A DNA stretch of 58,314 nt, counting the filler, from Sphacelaria rigidula (Eukaryota): the NCBI GenBank assembly GCA_964200075.2. It is 4 parts of 4 records of this genome, joined end to end, with 100 filler letters (N's around TTAATTAATTAA, not from the genome) between each part and the next. Parts side by side here need not be neighbours in the genome. Positions count along the whole stretch, not along the records: positions 1 to 14,505 come from CAXNAA020002216.1; 3 more parts are not named here. One strand, written 5' to 3'. The position numbers were made by a program, and so were the translations under genes. The notes beneath the pieces were generated by a model. It was not told the DNA's origin. It ran no database searches and saw only the letters and a program-made list of their open reading frames with translations. Shown piece after piece: positions 1-12,722 of this stretch (its first letter is position 1; every line of letters starts with the position of its first letter).

Positions 1-97
1 TTCGATGATTTAGTTTGGATACGAAGATTTTAATCCTCCGGGTTTTCATCCTCAATGAAAAGCACCATCCTCCACATAGATCATCGGCTGTTTAAAA
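1..97. repeat. Dispersed repeat family A fragment at contig start
   Basis: The motif 'aatcctccgggttttcatcctcaatgaaaagcaccatcctccacatagat' recurs in reverse complement at ~43551-43648 and in direct orientation at 43814-43867. All copies lie at or near contig ends. Confidence 0.7.
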
Positions 98-260
98 GGG
101 GCAGTTCTCAGGGAGTCCATTTTCGACTGTAAGAAGTGGTCATAGTCTTGAATTGACTAATTGCCTGACCTATCTAGGAAACTGCTCTTATATTTTTCGA
201 AAGGTGAGTTTTCTCCCGAAAAATTCCAAGATTTCAACAAGAGAAAAATAGACGCGTCAC

Positions 261-1264
261 CAAGGGTCTGTCAAAAATATATTTCGGGAGACGTAGGCCC
301 CAAAATCGGAAATTCGAGTTTTTGAGGGGGGGGGTTAGGGGGGGGACACCCAGCCGTGTCCCCTGGTTTTTCGCCGAGGCGTTGGCGGATGCGGTCAGCT
401 GCCGTAGATAGTAGAGATTCTTATATTATATATAATATGATATATGATATGTCATATACTAGAGCTCTATATTTAATATATTACATATCATATATTATGT
501 TTCATATAATATATATATATTATATTATATTTAATATATAACAAATCATATATTGTGTTTCATATACTATATTTCATATATTATTTTCCATATAATAATA
601 TAGGTCAATGTTATAGGTTTATATTACACATATGCTTCTTTTCCTTAATATATAATATATTGTGCATATTACATACAATATATCATATTGTATATAACTA
701 TATATATGAATATTCATCAAGGGGCAGCATGTACTATATTATATAGGTATATATTAATATATAGATAGATGCTATATAATATATCACACATGATCCTTAT
801 ATTATATATTATAGATAAATAAATAAATATGTAAAGGAGGAGCAGAAGCAAACATATACCCCGCAAAGCCCACCGAACTACTCGGATTTTGTCAATGTTC
901 ATTTAATAATTTCTTGCAACAAAATGAAGAGAAAATATTGAAAAAAACAGGATAATTTTATTTGTCGGAAAATTGCCCTCCGACATCTCAGGTCATCGGG
1001 ACAGAACGGGCAAGGAGCAGAAGCAGATGCACGAACTCCACAAAGCCCACCAGACTTCTCCGTTCTTGTCAGCATTATTTATTGATCAATTTCTTGTAAA
1101 AAAATTAACAGACATAATCAAAACAGTGTTTATTGATCAATTCCTTGCGAGAAACTCGACAAAAAAAAATCGAAAAAATCGTGACACTTTTCGAAAAAAT
1201 GTCCTCCGGGAGGAAGGGAGGGGGTGGCCTACGTGTCCGATATGTTTCGCTCGACAGACCCTTG
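261..1264 (-). mobile_element. MITE-like element family B (TIR caagggtctgtc...gacagacccttg), copy with AT-rich interior and internal duplication
   Basis: It starts caagggtctgtc (261) and ends gacagacccttg (1264). Segments 261-400 and 973-1264 are reverse complements of parts of the 1659-2254 and 5664-6239 copies. Flanks gcgtcac/acgtcac resemble a 7-bp TSD with one mismatch. Confidence 0.65.
418..830. repeat. AT-rich, degenerate (TA)n-like low-complexity tract
   Basis: The tract is dominated by tata/atat runs, and the ORFs over it are Y/I-rich artefacts. Confidence 0.85.
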
Positions 1265-1658
1265 ACGTCACTAACATCCCTGAATGAGGTTATTTCAAGA
1301 GAAGAATGAATGTTTTGTCTGAAATTGGGGGCGGGGGGGGCACTCGTAATATTGTATGCCCTACTCACGAGTCATACATATGATGACCATTGTATTGGCT
1401 TCGCGTCCCTACAAAGCTGCGACGGAGCACACTGGGTTTTCGACGAATCAGCCTCGCAACGAGCAATCATCAAGCGCCAAACGTTGTGATCTGTTCGCGC
1501 GGGGGGGTGAAGTTCGTTTCACGACCCTCGTACTTGACCGTTATATCCTGTCTGTGGCCGGGGATGCCGCGATACTAATAGGCTCCTCCTAAAAGGGCCG
1601 AAAAACTGTCGCACGAAGAAATGGCCATACAGCCCATCAAGATTATTATGGGCGGGTT

Positions 1659-2254
1659 CAGGGATCTGTCGAGAGATTTTTTTCGGACACGGAGCCCCCT
1701 TCCTCCCCTCTCCCGGAGGACAATTCTTCGAGAACTGCCATGGTTTTCGCCATCTTTTTTTGTGATTTTCATCATTTTTTTGTTCAATCAAGTTGTTGAA
1801 AGAAATTGATCAACCCTCACGAAATCCGAAAAATCTGGCGGGCTTATAGCGCGGTTCGTATATTTGCTTCTGCTCCTTGCCCGCCCTGCCCCGATGACCT
1901 CGGATACCGGCAACGCTCACACACATTTATTATGTACAATACACAAGCGCAAGGTAGCGACATCCCGTAGCCAAAGTATCAATATTATCTCACGCCTCGC
2001 CGAATTTGCCCGGACTGCTAGTAGTGGTGGATAGTCGAGGCATACGACACGGAACATGATCCCATAAAAAAATGTAGTCATGGTAGATGATGGGCTTGGA
2101 GGGGCGGTGTGTCCGTCATGTCAGCAGTATCCGCCAACGCCTCGACAATAAACTAGGGGACAGCAGGCTGGGTGCCCCCCCTCCCCCGCGCAAAAACTCG
2201 AATTTTCGATCTTGGGGCCTACGTGTCTCGAAATATATTTTTGACAGACCCTTG
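1659..2254 (+). mobile_element. MITE-like element family B (~600 bp)
   Basis: Termini are cagggatctgtc and gacagacccttg. It is colinear with 5664-6239 over its whole length and has no credible ORF. Confidence 0.7.
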
Positions 2255-2635
2255 GGTCCAGAAACCACGCACGTCTAGAAATTTGCTTTGAAATAAGTAT
2301 ATACAGCCAAGCAGTTTCAGAACCACCAGTTCCTCTCGTTCTCATGAATGCAGAAAAAATGGAGCTGTTTTCGTAAATCAGGTCTCAACACCTCCCACAC
2401 ACTATTCTGAATATGTAAACTATGCCGCGGTCCCAAGTACACTTTTCTGGAGGGAAGTACCCGCAGCATCACTCTGAAGTGGGGTGGAGGGTGGGTTGCG
2501 GGGGAGTCGGGCTTGTTCTATTATTCCGCTAATAATAATGATTGTGAACTATTCATGATCTACAGATTCGAGTTGTTGTATCCCATAGCTCTGAAACTCT
2601 CAAGCAAGAGAGACATCGACGACACGTAGCTTTTG

Positions 2636-2853
2636 GGGTGATCCTACGATAGGGGGGAGGGGGGGGGGCGGGGTATTTGATTGCACGAAAAAAGAGGCTC
2701 GAAAGTGCGTCAGACGACTTGCCACACTCACTCGCGGTGCGCTTGTATTTGGTTCAAAACGGTGTCAATTGGTATGAACGAGCGTTACACATCTATAACA
2801 AGCTCGTTCGAAGTAGCCCAAAATCCCCCCCCTCCCCTATCGTAGGGTGACTC
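2636..2853. mobile_element. MITE-like element family C (~220 bp), G(A/G)G...CTC termini
   Basis: The left end gggtgatcctacgatagggggg is inverted relative to the right end cccctatcgtagggtgactc. Flanks are tttg/tttt. A partial reverse copy lies at ~46139-46184. Confidence 0.6.
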
Positions 2854-2960
2854 TTTTTACAATATGGCCTCTACCGCTGCTGGTAGTTCCACCGGCCGGT
2901 GACGAGTATGACACTTGGCCGCCAACAGTAGTAGTAGTGTTGAAGGTCACAGTAAGTGCA

Positions 2961-3220
2961 GACACTTTTTACGATAGCCCCCCCCCCAAAAACCAGCCAA
3001 AAGTGTCACGAAAAAAATGAGCATACAGCGCCTGATGCTTGGGTTCAGGCTGCATGGAGTACCTCATATTGGCTTAACACTGGCTAGAACGAACCCAACC
3101 GTGAGAATCCCCAGCTGCTCGTTGTGGTCGGCTTTTCCCATTTCGATTTACGTGAAGATTTTGCCTCCCAAAACCATGCGCTTTTTTTTTGGTGGGGGGG
3201 GGACTATCGTAGAAAGTGTC
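2961..3220 (+). mobile_element. MITE family D (~260 bp)
   Basis: TIRs are gacactttttacgatagccccccc and gggggggactatcgtagaaagtgtc, with flanks gca/gca. A second full-length copy lies at 55678-55926. Confidence 0.8.
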
Positions 3221-3564
3221 GCAATATACTGTACAACAGTGGTAGTGTAGTATACCTGGCTGCACCTACAAAAAATTCTCCATACGGATGGAGCGGGCAT
3301 ACATGAGACTGACGGATGAGCTTTTGAGGGGAATTTGAATGTGATATACTAGCTGCACTCCCCCGCCACGTGTGTAGTTACGGGTCTCTTCACTGGTCGA
3401 CGGGACTTGACTACACCTAGCTAATGTGACGGTGAAAGCATAACAAACTCCTGTTACAACTCTCAGCGACCTTGGTCTTGTCCACCTTCCACGTTCTTCC
3501 GCCCCCGTGCGCAACCCCCGAGGATCACTCGTGGTTGATCAGGATCTCCACCATCCCAAGGAGT

Positions 3565-6500
3565 ATGGATGATTCTTCTTCGAGAAAGAAAGGGTGCTGG
3601 CTGACGGTAAGGCCGCTTCATCCCGACTCGAGTCTAGTGCAGCTGCTGAACGAGGCAATGTCAAATGTACTCTACAGCATCAAAGATGCTCCTTTCGGTG
3701 CAGCCTGGTGTCGCCACTCTGTGCTCAGACTTTATAGCAGCCCCGTGCGGTAAGGGGTCCATGCCATGCATCATACCCGTTATTCTATTGTGAATGCTCG
3801 TGATTGGTGTTCTTTCGTTCAAACTTTCCTCGGCAGGATCATGCCCAAATACCGGTGCCGCCATCCAAGAAGGACTTCGTAATGGTCGGAAACTTGCAGA
3901 AGCGACGAGGGGGGTTTGCAAGGATCGCCTCTCCGAGCTGGAAGAAGCGATGTTTCGTGCTCTTGAAAACGGGGAATCTGGCCTACTTTGAGGTACAGCC
4001 CAGTACCATGCCATAGTCTATACAATATTGTACCCTACACTTTTCCCCCTGCCTACGGAACAGCTGACATGGAGAGGTAAAGTCATCATAAATACAAGTT
4101 ATCGCCGTGTTTCTCCCCAGCCTCGGCGTACCCCAGTAGCCAAAATTGTTTGCAAGTACTCTCTTGTGTACAGTGCATGATACAATTGTCGATCCCGCCG
4201 CCATCCGAGGCCACGTCCATGTCTGGATGTTCTTCCCATACATTTGAGGCACGCGTACCTTCCGTTTCACCCCTGCACCACAAAACTCCGCTCTGCTGAG
4301 AACAGGCCGGTGTGTTCGACAGCATCAATTTTTGCCACCCTCCGCGTGGAATTCTGACGCTGGATGAGGACGTAGTTATCACAAAATCACCTAGGTCGGA
4401 TGCAGACGGTGCTGGGGACGTGGCGTTAATTATCCAGGGAAATGGCCAGCGATGGAAACTTGGTTCCGAAGTACCGGGCGAGATAAGTCGGTGGGAAGAG
4501 GTGGGTACAGGCAACATGTCCAGTATACATCATGTTTTGACTGTATGCTGTAATTACCCGAAGATCGTCATGAAGTACATATTGCACCGTTGTAGGACGT
4601 GAGACTCATAGCTCGTTCAGCGTATCAACGTGCTTAACCCTTTGGGAACCCTCCCCTCCCGTCCCCGGTCCAGACGCCTCATTATTTCAAGCACTGACTA
4701 AAAGAGAATGTGGGAAAAGAAAATACCGACAACAACCATTTTTACGGCGGAAGGCCACAGAAGAATCCACCGACATATGTCATGCTCGCACCAAAATGTC
4801 GCCCCGGTGCGGTCGAATTAGTTTTATCGAATGAGGGGACGCAACGGGTCGAATATGTTCAACTTTGTGCCCACAGCAAAACCAGCACCGCGGCCTCTGA
4901 ATTTTATACAACAAAAATCAGCACCACCTGTATACCTTCTACATATTCAGTCCCGTGCGGCACTGCGGCACACATTTATGTAAGTGACGCACCCCGCCGG
5001 AGTATTGCTGTGCTGCAGTCCGGAGATCATACCCGCCCAACACTTGGCAAGCGTGCTAAGCCACATCACAGAAACAAAGTAGTATGGCCGAGCACACAGA
5101 AATCTCCTCACCACACGTGGAAGGATTGAGGTGCGACACAGTATTTACGCGATTCACCGCCAGTTGAAAGCGGTCGCGGGTCTGAAAAACACGCCTTGGG
5201 CAAAATAGTGGTCCATGGAAGCTGCGAACAATCACCATATGTTGCTAAAAAACAGCACCTCGAACTCAGCTCTTTTGAATTGCCGGTACCAAAAGGGTTG
5301 ACACTAAAGGGTCGATTTTCTGTCACAATGTTCTCGATTCCAAACGGCCGGATGTTCCGGATGGTGTCGATTGGTTGACGGTCTTTATGAGGCCAATGTT
5401 GAGCATGCGACTGCAGAGTGTGCCACAGCACAGCATCAACTGTATGCTTGGGACATCACTGTGGTCCAATAGGCTGATTGATAGCCCCCCACCCGCGCGC
5501 GCGCGCACGCTCAAGTGCCACCGAGCATGCATGCTCTCAAATCTCCACTAGTTGACACGTGTACACCATCAAGCCGGTCTCCCACCACGAGTCACCCAGT
5601 TCAAAATGCCAGGTGTTTTCTGTCCTCTCCATGCTGGCTGAAATGATTATTTTCGTGTTTAATCAAGGGTCTGTTGAGAGAATTTTTTCGAGCACGGAGC
5701 CCCCCCCCCCGGATGGCAGTTTTTCGGAAGTTTTCATGATTTTTTTTCCCTCTATTATTTTTGTTGATATAAATTGATCAACAAACACTGAAAAAAAACG
5801 AAAAGTCTGGCGGGCTTCGCGATGTTCGTATATTTGCTTCTGCCCCTTGCCCGCCCTGTCCCTATTACTTTGGATGCCGGCAACACTCAAACACATCTAT
5901 GTAGCCGGAGTAGCAACATTAGCTCACGCCTCGCCCAAATTTCCCCGGACTAGTGGTACGTAGTCGAGGCACACGACAAAGAACATGACCCTATAAATGT
6001 AATCATGGTAGGTGATGAGGTTGGAGGGGCGGTGTGTCCGTCATGTCAGCGGTCTCCATGCTAAGGACCTCTGTACACGACCGCATCCGCTCTGTACAAG
6101 GCAGCTGACCGCATCTGTCAATGTCTCGGTAATAAACTAGGGGACAGCACGCTGGGTGTCCTACCCTCTCCCCCTCAAAAAGTCGAATTTCCGATCTTGG
6201 AGCCCACGTGTCCCGAAATATTTTTTTGAAAGACGCTTGGTTCCACCTTGATGTATGCATCTTTTGGACGGTCAGCTTCCCGACTAAAGTGCCCCGTTTA
6301 TTCACGACCGCTTCGAAAACATGAGGTGGAGCCAACGACCTTGATGAAGCATGGGTTCAAAGAAGGATACTGATTTGAATTGCTCCGGCTTATTCTACCC
6401 CTCACAACGTACAAACTAGCGGTGGATGTTGTTTCAAAGGTATACACGTTATATACTGGTTTAACAAAGCCAAGAATCGTCTTCTGCTCTGGCGTCCGAA

Positions 6501-9500
6501 ACGCAATCGTTCCCGTCTTTAGTATGTCACCCCACGTGAGGGCCCTTTCTGCTGAGGATACTGTGAGATCAACTTCATCAGCGTGTCCTCACTTATGTTA
6601 TCACTTATGCCACTGTTTCGAACATGGAGACGCGGCATCTTCGCATCGAGTCCTGTTTTCGAGTGTTCCGATAACGCTAACCATCGTCCATGCGAGAGGA
6701 GTGACCCGTGTTTTTTCAACCAATTCTCGGAGAAAAACGTACGTCAGGCAGTGCTCTGGTTTAAGCAGCTCTTGCGTGCGATAAAGTAATGCAAGGAGGA
6801 GAAGGGCGCCCCATGCCCCTAAGCTCGGTTTTCTGCAAGACAAGCATGTTAGTATCACTTTGATTTGGTCTTCTGCTTTTGCGGGTTCCGTAGGTGAGAT
6901 TAGTCCCCAAGGTAACTTGAGTGACCGAGGCTGCGGGGTTCGAAACGAAAGCAAGCACTCAGTAAATACGAGGCCCCAGCATGTATTCGGGGATGAGCTT
7001 CAGTGAATTTGTGCAAGGAAGAAAATGAGAAGCGTAAAACTCACGCTGTTCAGTCTTTCACTTTACTTCCCGATTTTGGTGGAAACCTGTCAAGCCCTTT
7101 GCGATGACATGCTGATTATCAGAAGAGCGTGAGTTTCGCCTCGGCGACCTGAGGAGCAATGTATTGGCTATGAGAGCAGCAGAATCCCCCAACACGATGA
7201 AGCTGGTCAGCGAAGGGGGGTGGTGAATTACAAACGCCAAGATAATCTCCGCCCTTCCTCATCCCACTTACTTCTTCTGCTCCCTATTGCTGGCCAGATG
7301 TTTCTGTCTACCTGAACGATCGGATACGTCGAAGACGTTCTCTCAACAGATTATGCTCTATGGATGCTGTCGTTTGTCCTGATGAAATGGGGGGGTCAAG
7401 TGTCTACCCTTGAGTACGTTGTAACCAACTCCAAGCACCGTTGCAACCTCGTTATGCACTTCCACTTGAATCACGTCCTTGACGTGGACCGAAGTTATAA
7501 CCTTGACTTGGACCGTTAGTAATAGGTGTCAAGTACTACAGATTGAGATCATGCGGTCCGCTTCGCCTGCAGAGTTGCGCTGGTGATCACCACCAACATC
7601 GTACTACCACCGCACTGACTGTCTGTCTGCATACAGTATATATCGTGCAAACGGCAGGATAATTATGACGCGGTACAGTATGTAGTAGATATCACCCCGG
7701 AGACATGATTTCTGACGAAACACTCCAAGGCCCGAAGCATTTAACCGTACGCCGCCTCTAGAGCTCATGAAAAAGTATACATGATCCACTCATTTCCTCC
7801 GTCACGCACAGAGTCTTTCATACCATGGAGGTGCCATTCGATGTTGTTTTTTGGTGAGGCATACGGCCTTAAGGTGAGGGTCACCGACCTGCCGCGGACC
7901 CGCCCCAAAAAAAGCGAAGGAAAACATGACGAGAAGGTCGTTTGACACCTCAATTATTTATCGATAGCAACATGAATCGCTGCTGCAACCACTCACAAGG
8001 ATTTCCGACGATGTAAGGTCTCCACCATTCCACTATTCCACCATCCCTTTGCTGATACTTCGAGATGTGACAGCCGGACATGTGCTGTGCGCTGTTAGAC
8101 TGTCCTCTGCCGCGTTATCGCGTTATCCGGCGTACGATTGATTCCGTTGCGGTCTTCCCTCGGGACAATCGGAAAGAAGCCTGCCCACAAGCTGTAGGAA
8201 ACGCCACCACCATAGTCCCAGGTGCTGTGTGAAGCTCTACCATTGTCCTGCTGCCCTCGTGTACAAAGACAGCACAATCAAGGCCGGTGGCTAACAGGGG
8301 TTCCGCTGTGATGACAGCAGTTATTCTGATCCCAGCAGCTCTGACGCGCATGACAAAACAAATGATGTCGGGGAGCAAGCAGCTTGTGTTGATCAAATGT
8401 TGTTGCTTGGCCAATGCGTTCGCGATGGGGATGGCACTTGCACCATGGACTCGCTTTCTTTTTGGCCTTTCGCGAGTTCCACGTGATTTTTTTGGTGCTA
8501 TGACAGTCAGGATTGAGCCAAACTTGTGGCATTGCGTAGCTTCAAGTATTTTTATTGATGTTTTTCAGACAATCAAACGTGCACTACTTTCCCTTTACCC
8601 AGCTCCCTGACTTGACAGGGCCTTGTTTTCGCGGGGCAAAGAATGATGAGAAACTCTTGGCGCAACAATACTCGAGTACGTAACATTGACGTCATGGGCG
8701 AGAATCTGACACTGGCGATTCGCTGATACCGGCCTTCTGCATACCGCAATTGTCGGCATCTCTCGAACTGGTGGCTAATTGGTGGCAGGCTCTTCGATCA
8801 ATGATACAGCAGAAGGGGATCCCTTCCAATGGGACAGCAGGGAGACCTGCACAATCGCTCTACACCAATGGCACTGCACCGGCGCAATTGCCTTATGCCA
8901 ATGGCACTGCTAATGGGCCACCCAATGGAACAGCCGCAGTGAAGACTGTAGCTGCTACTGTCACGGACGCTGCTGCACCCCGCGATACTTCCAGAGCACA
9001 GAGTGAGTGCGACGTTATTCGCGGACGCTAGGGTCGCACAGGGGGCACCGAAGCTCTGTTCCGAGCTGATGCCCCGGCAATTTCTTTCTTCTTGTTCCAA
9101 GACCAAGTTACGTGAGCTCATAGTTGGCTTGGCAGGAGACGAATTGACACCCTGTGGCGAATGTTCTTCACCATGCACGGTCACGAACTGGCGACTGGAG
9201 GAATACAGCTTGGCGGCATAGTGTCCACTTTCTATTAACGCTACCACATAGTGTAGCATCAGTGGGATAGGGGGTAGAGCATGGGCAGACAGGGAATACG
9301 CTGATTGGTGCAGTTTACACGTCGCAAGTGCACTCAGCCTCTTGCCTGGAAGAAAGGTCTCAACTGCAGTCGTCTCAAGATAGGGTTGACAGTTCGTTCA
9401 TCAATGATGGTTGCTGTTGATTTCACCCAGGTCGGGTACAACTGGAGAAAGCGGAAAGCAGAGCCTGCGGTCGTTTGCAGCAAGAAACTCCGGGATTGTT

Positions 9501-12500
9501 TTGTCACTTCGCTACGCAAACTGTCTCTGTGTGGCCAGCTTTGGATGTCCAGTTCCCTGTTTGTCGTTCAGTCATGATGTGTGCGTAGTGACTTGGAATG
9601 GAGATTGCGTTGTATGCTCAAGGCACTCCTCGCAGCCTCCCTTTGGGGTCCCCATCCTTCTCGACACGTACGATCCCTTGATCACGCGGGGCTTGCATAC
9701 TTCACCCCCACCCACTCACTCTCTGTGGCAAATGTGACAAGCTTGCCTGCTGATACGGGAAGAAGCGGGGAGAGGTATAAGGGAAGACATTGATAAACGC
9801 CTGACTCCCGACGATTTTCGACGAGATGTGACACAATTGAAACGGTAACTTCGTCCCACAACTAAATTGCGGTCAATACGATCCGAGTAGTATTGTTGGT
9901 GAGCCTCTTTTTCACGTACGGCAAAGAGTGAGTAATAGGCAATGTAACATCTTCCGTCATTCCTTTGGCGGAAAATGTTGCCGTGGTGAAAATTTCGCAG
10001 GCATGGCCAAAATTTGCGCACGTGGCACGATTTTGTTGATTTCTCATGAACAGCCTGTAGTGTTGGGTACTGTGGCGGCTTAACGCAAAAAGTCGTGAAC
10101 CCCAGGCGCCTGGCCTAGAGCCGATGATTCCCTAGGGCATTCGTCCTCTTTCCGACCTCCCGTTAACCTCGTGGTCGTACTTTTGCCTTCCACACATTTT
10201 CGATGTTGCGCGGACCCAGGCCCGTCGATTCCTGACCGAGGACGGGCGGATGTTGGAAACCGGGTACCTGTGGTACCCGTGGTCGCAGAAAACTTCGGGG
10301 GGCGACATTTCGTGGTAGCACTGGCGGTCGTCGATGCAGTGTGCTACTTTTTGCACACAAATGAGCAGGTAATGACGAGTGTGTACATTTAGGTACACCC
10401 TCTGTACCTGACGCACTTGACTTGTGTTGAGTTTACCCCGAATGCAAATTCATAAAAGGTGCTGTTGACCCCCCAAAAATGTAACGTGAGAAGATACCTC
10501 GAATATCCAACTCGCTTGCTGTTGTACAGACCAGCGCAGAGGCGTTTTTTGCTGCAATTATTTTCGCGAACCTGGTGATTGCCGCGAGCGTATTGAGGCG
10601 AATACCACTTGCTGGGCAGGAGGGTGTCACGGGTGTCCCCCTCATTCACGAGGACGAAGTCGCGCCGCTTAGATCTGCGCTGAAGAAACGATTTCCGTCG
10701 AGAAAAATCCCTACTTCTCCGTCGGTGAAAGGAGAAATGGGAGACAGTGCATGCGGCCTTCCGAGCGCGAGGTGAGGCGAGCACAGGACGGTTGAAGCAA
10801 GTTGGGTTGTGTTGCTAGAAACGTTCAAGGGTAGCCATGTTTCACCGTCACTTCCGACGTGAAACCTGTGTTGACAAAATTGACGCCTCGAGCGGGATTT
10901 TCCGCAGGCGACGGCAAAGGTGGCATATTGGATCCCACCGTTGCTCACTGTCCTTCCTTACCTACGCGTGTACTTTTTCGGGGGGTGTGCCAGCGACACA
11001 GCGGCACTCTTTCAGATCGTGAGGACAACGAATGGACTAACTATACAAATAGCTTGCATCTCCAGCAATGACCTGAATATGCCTTTGCGTTCACGCAGTT
11101 CGACGATGCCGCGCAACGACGGACTACCCGAGAGTGCACCACCCCACACTTGGAACAATGGTGACAGCTCAGTTTTCCGCTTGAGGGGAAAAGGGTATAT
11201 GCAGGACAAGATGAAAGTGACACCCGGTGAGTCTCCATGCTGACGTGTTTTCCGAGGTGTTGTGTTATTTCAAGTGACGGGCTCAATGGTTTCAATAGGA
11301 TACCCATGCGTATATGAATATTTCAGAGCAGAAGGGCGTAGCATGAGGCGCTCGGGGCGGTGAACAACTTTTGCTCCATATGTTGAAGGACTCCTGCATG
11401 CATGTCGAACCGTGTCGTTGCAGCATGAAGTTCCCTTCCGATGGAATTCTTACCCCAGCAATATTTCTCAAATACGCAGGTGAGACGCTGTACGAGGTTG
11501 TGGGAATGGATGTCTTCGCAACCGAAGCGCGTATTGGTAATATTGCATCTGAAGTTGTCATGGACTCTCTGACGAAGGATTTGCCGCAGATCCCCGTTCC
11601 TGGGGTACCCCCAATGCTGGTGCTGAACGTACAGCTCCCATCTGCATCACCAGCGCTGATGTCCGCGGCGGAAGATGGACCTGGATATCAGGTGCACTTG
11701 CATGCTTCGACTTTGCCTGCATTCATTTGTGCGTCAATCGAGCAATTAGTTGTCATTGCGGCGCATGACTGCATCACCATGCGTTCCCGCCCAGGCCATT
11801 AATTTTCAGTCGTGCGTGTTTGAGAATTCAGGCTGGCATTGAATGAAGAGATGGATTGATCTCTTGAGGCCACGGACTCGTCCCGAGAAAGGGGATGGGA
11901 TCAAAGTGCGACAAATAAATATAGGAGAAGGAATGGCAGCTCGGGTGAGGGATGATAGGCAGTGCAGAAATGCTGTCAGATATCCGATGCTAACCTCGGA
12001 GATGTGTCTTTCGAAGTTAGGACTTGATGGATACTGAGTGCTTTGGTTGACACAAGGCTGCGCTGTCGGCACGGCCTTGTCGCTTACCCTTACACATACA
12101 TGTATCATGCGTTACAGAGACGTCTGTTCCTGAAGAGCTGCGTCAACCACTACACCCTGCGTTGTCATGATGCAGTGTGTGTACTACTACCGCATCAAGG
12201 ACTCCACTGTACGGGCACTGGGGAACTTGGACACAGCGACGGAGGGATTACGGCTATGGGTCGAATACTGCCAGCGAGTGGGGACGGACGAGGTTTTCCA
12301 AGGCAGATTCAAGGCAAGATGTGCTGACATAAGCACTGGCGCAAGAGTCACGATAGGGTAGGGGTGCTCTGACTAAGTGGCCAGGCTATTCGTCAGTGTG
12401 CGTAGGGACAGGTTTGTTCTGTTTCTCGCATGCTTTGACAACAATGCCTCGTGTATCTATACTCCCTTGCGGCGGCACCGTAGTGCTGAAATATAAAGAG

Positions 12501-12658
12501 TATTACCTGGACTATGCGTGTGTGTGCATGTATCGTTTCGTTTGCTTCCACGACTGTTTTCTCAGCACATTCGCGTGCAAGCGTCAAACAAATTCGTCAG
12601 ACCCCCCCCCTCCATATCACTATGGCATGCAAGGTCATGAGTACACCCCCCCCCCCCT

Positions 12659-12722
<64 letters not shown>

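Noticed and set aside
356..902. Y/I-rich ORFs
   Set aside because: They are translations of the TA-rich low-complexity tract.
6300..8600. Possible decayed copia-type gag/pol on the minus strand in intron 3 (similar hints at ~15700-16650 plus and ~30150-30800 minus)
   Set aside because: There are only vague gag-like fragments, with no LTRs, primer-binding site or RT/integrase motif. A frameshift-aware search would be needed.
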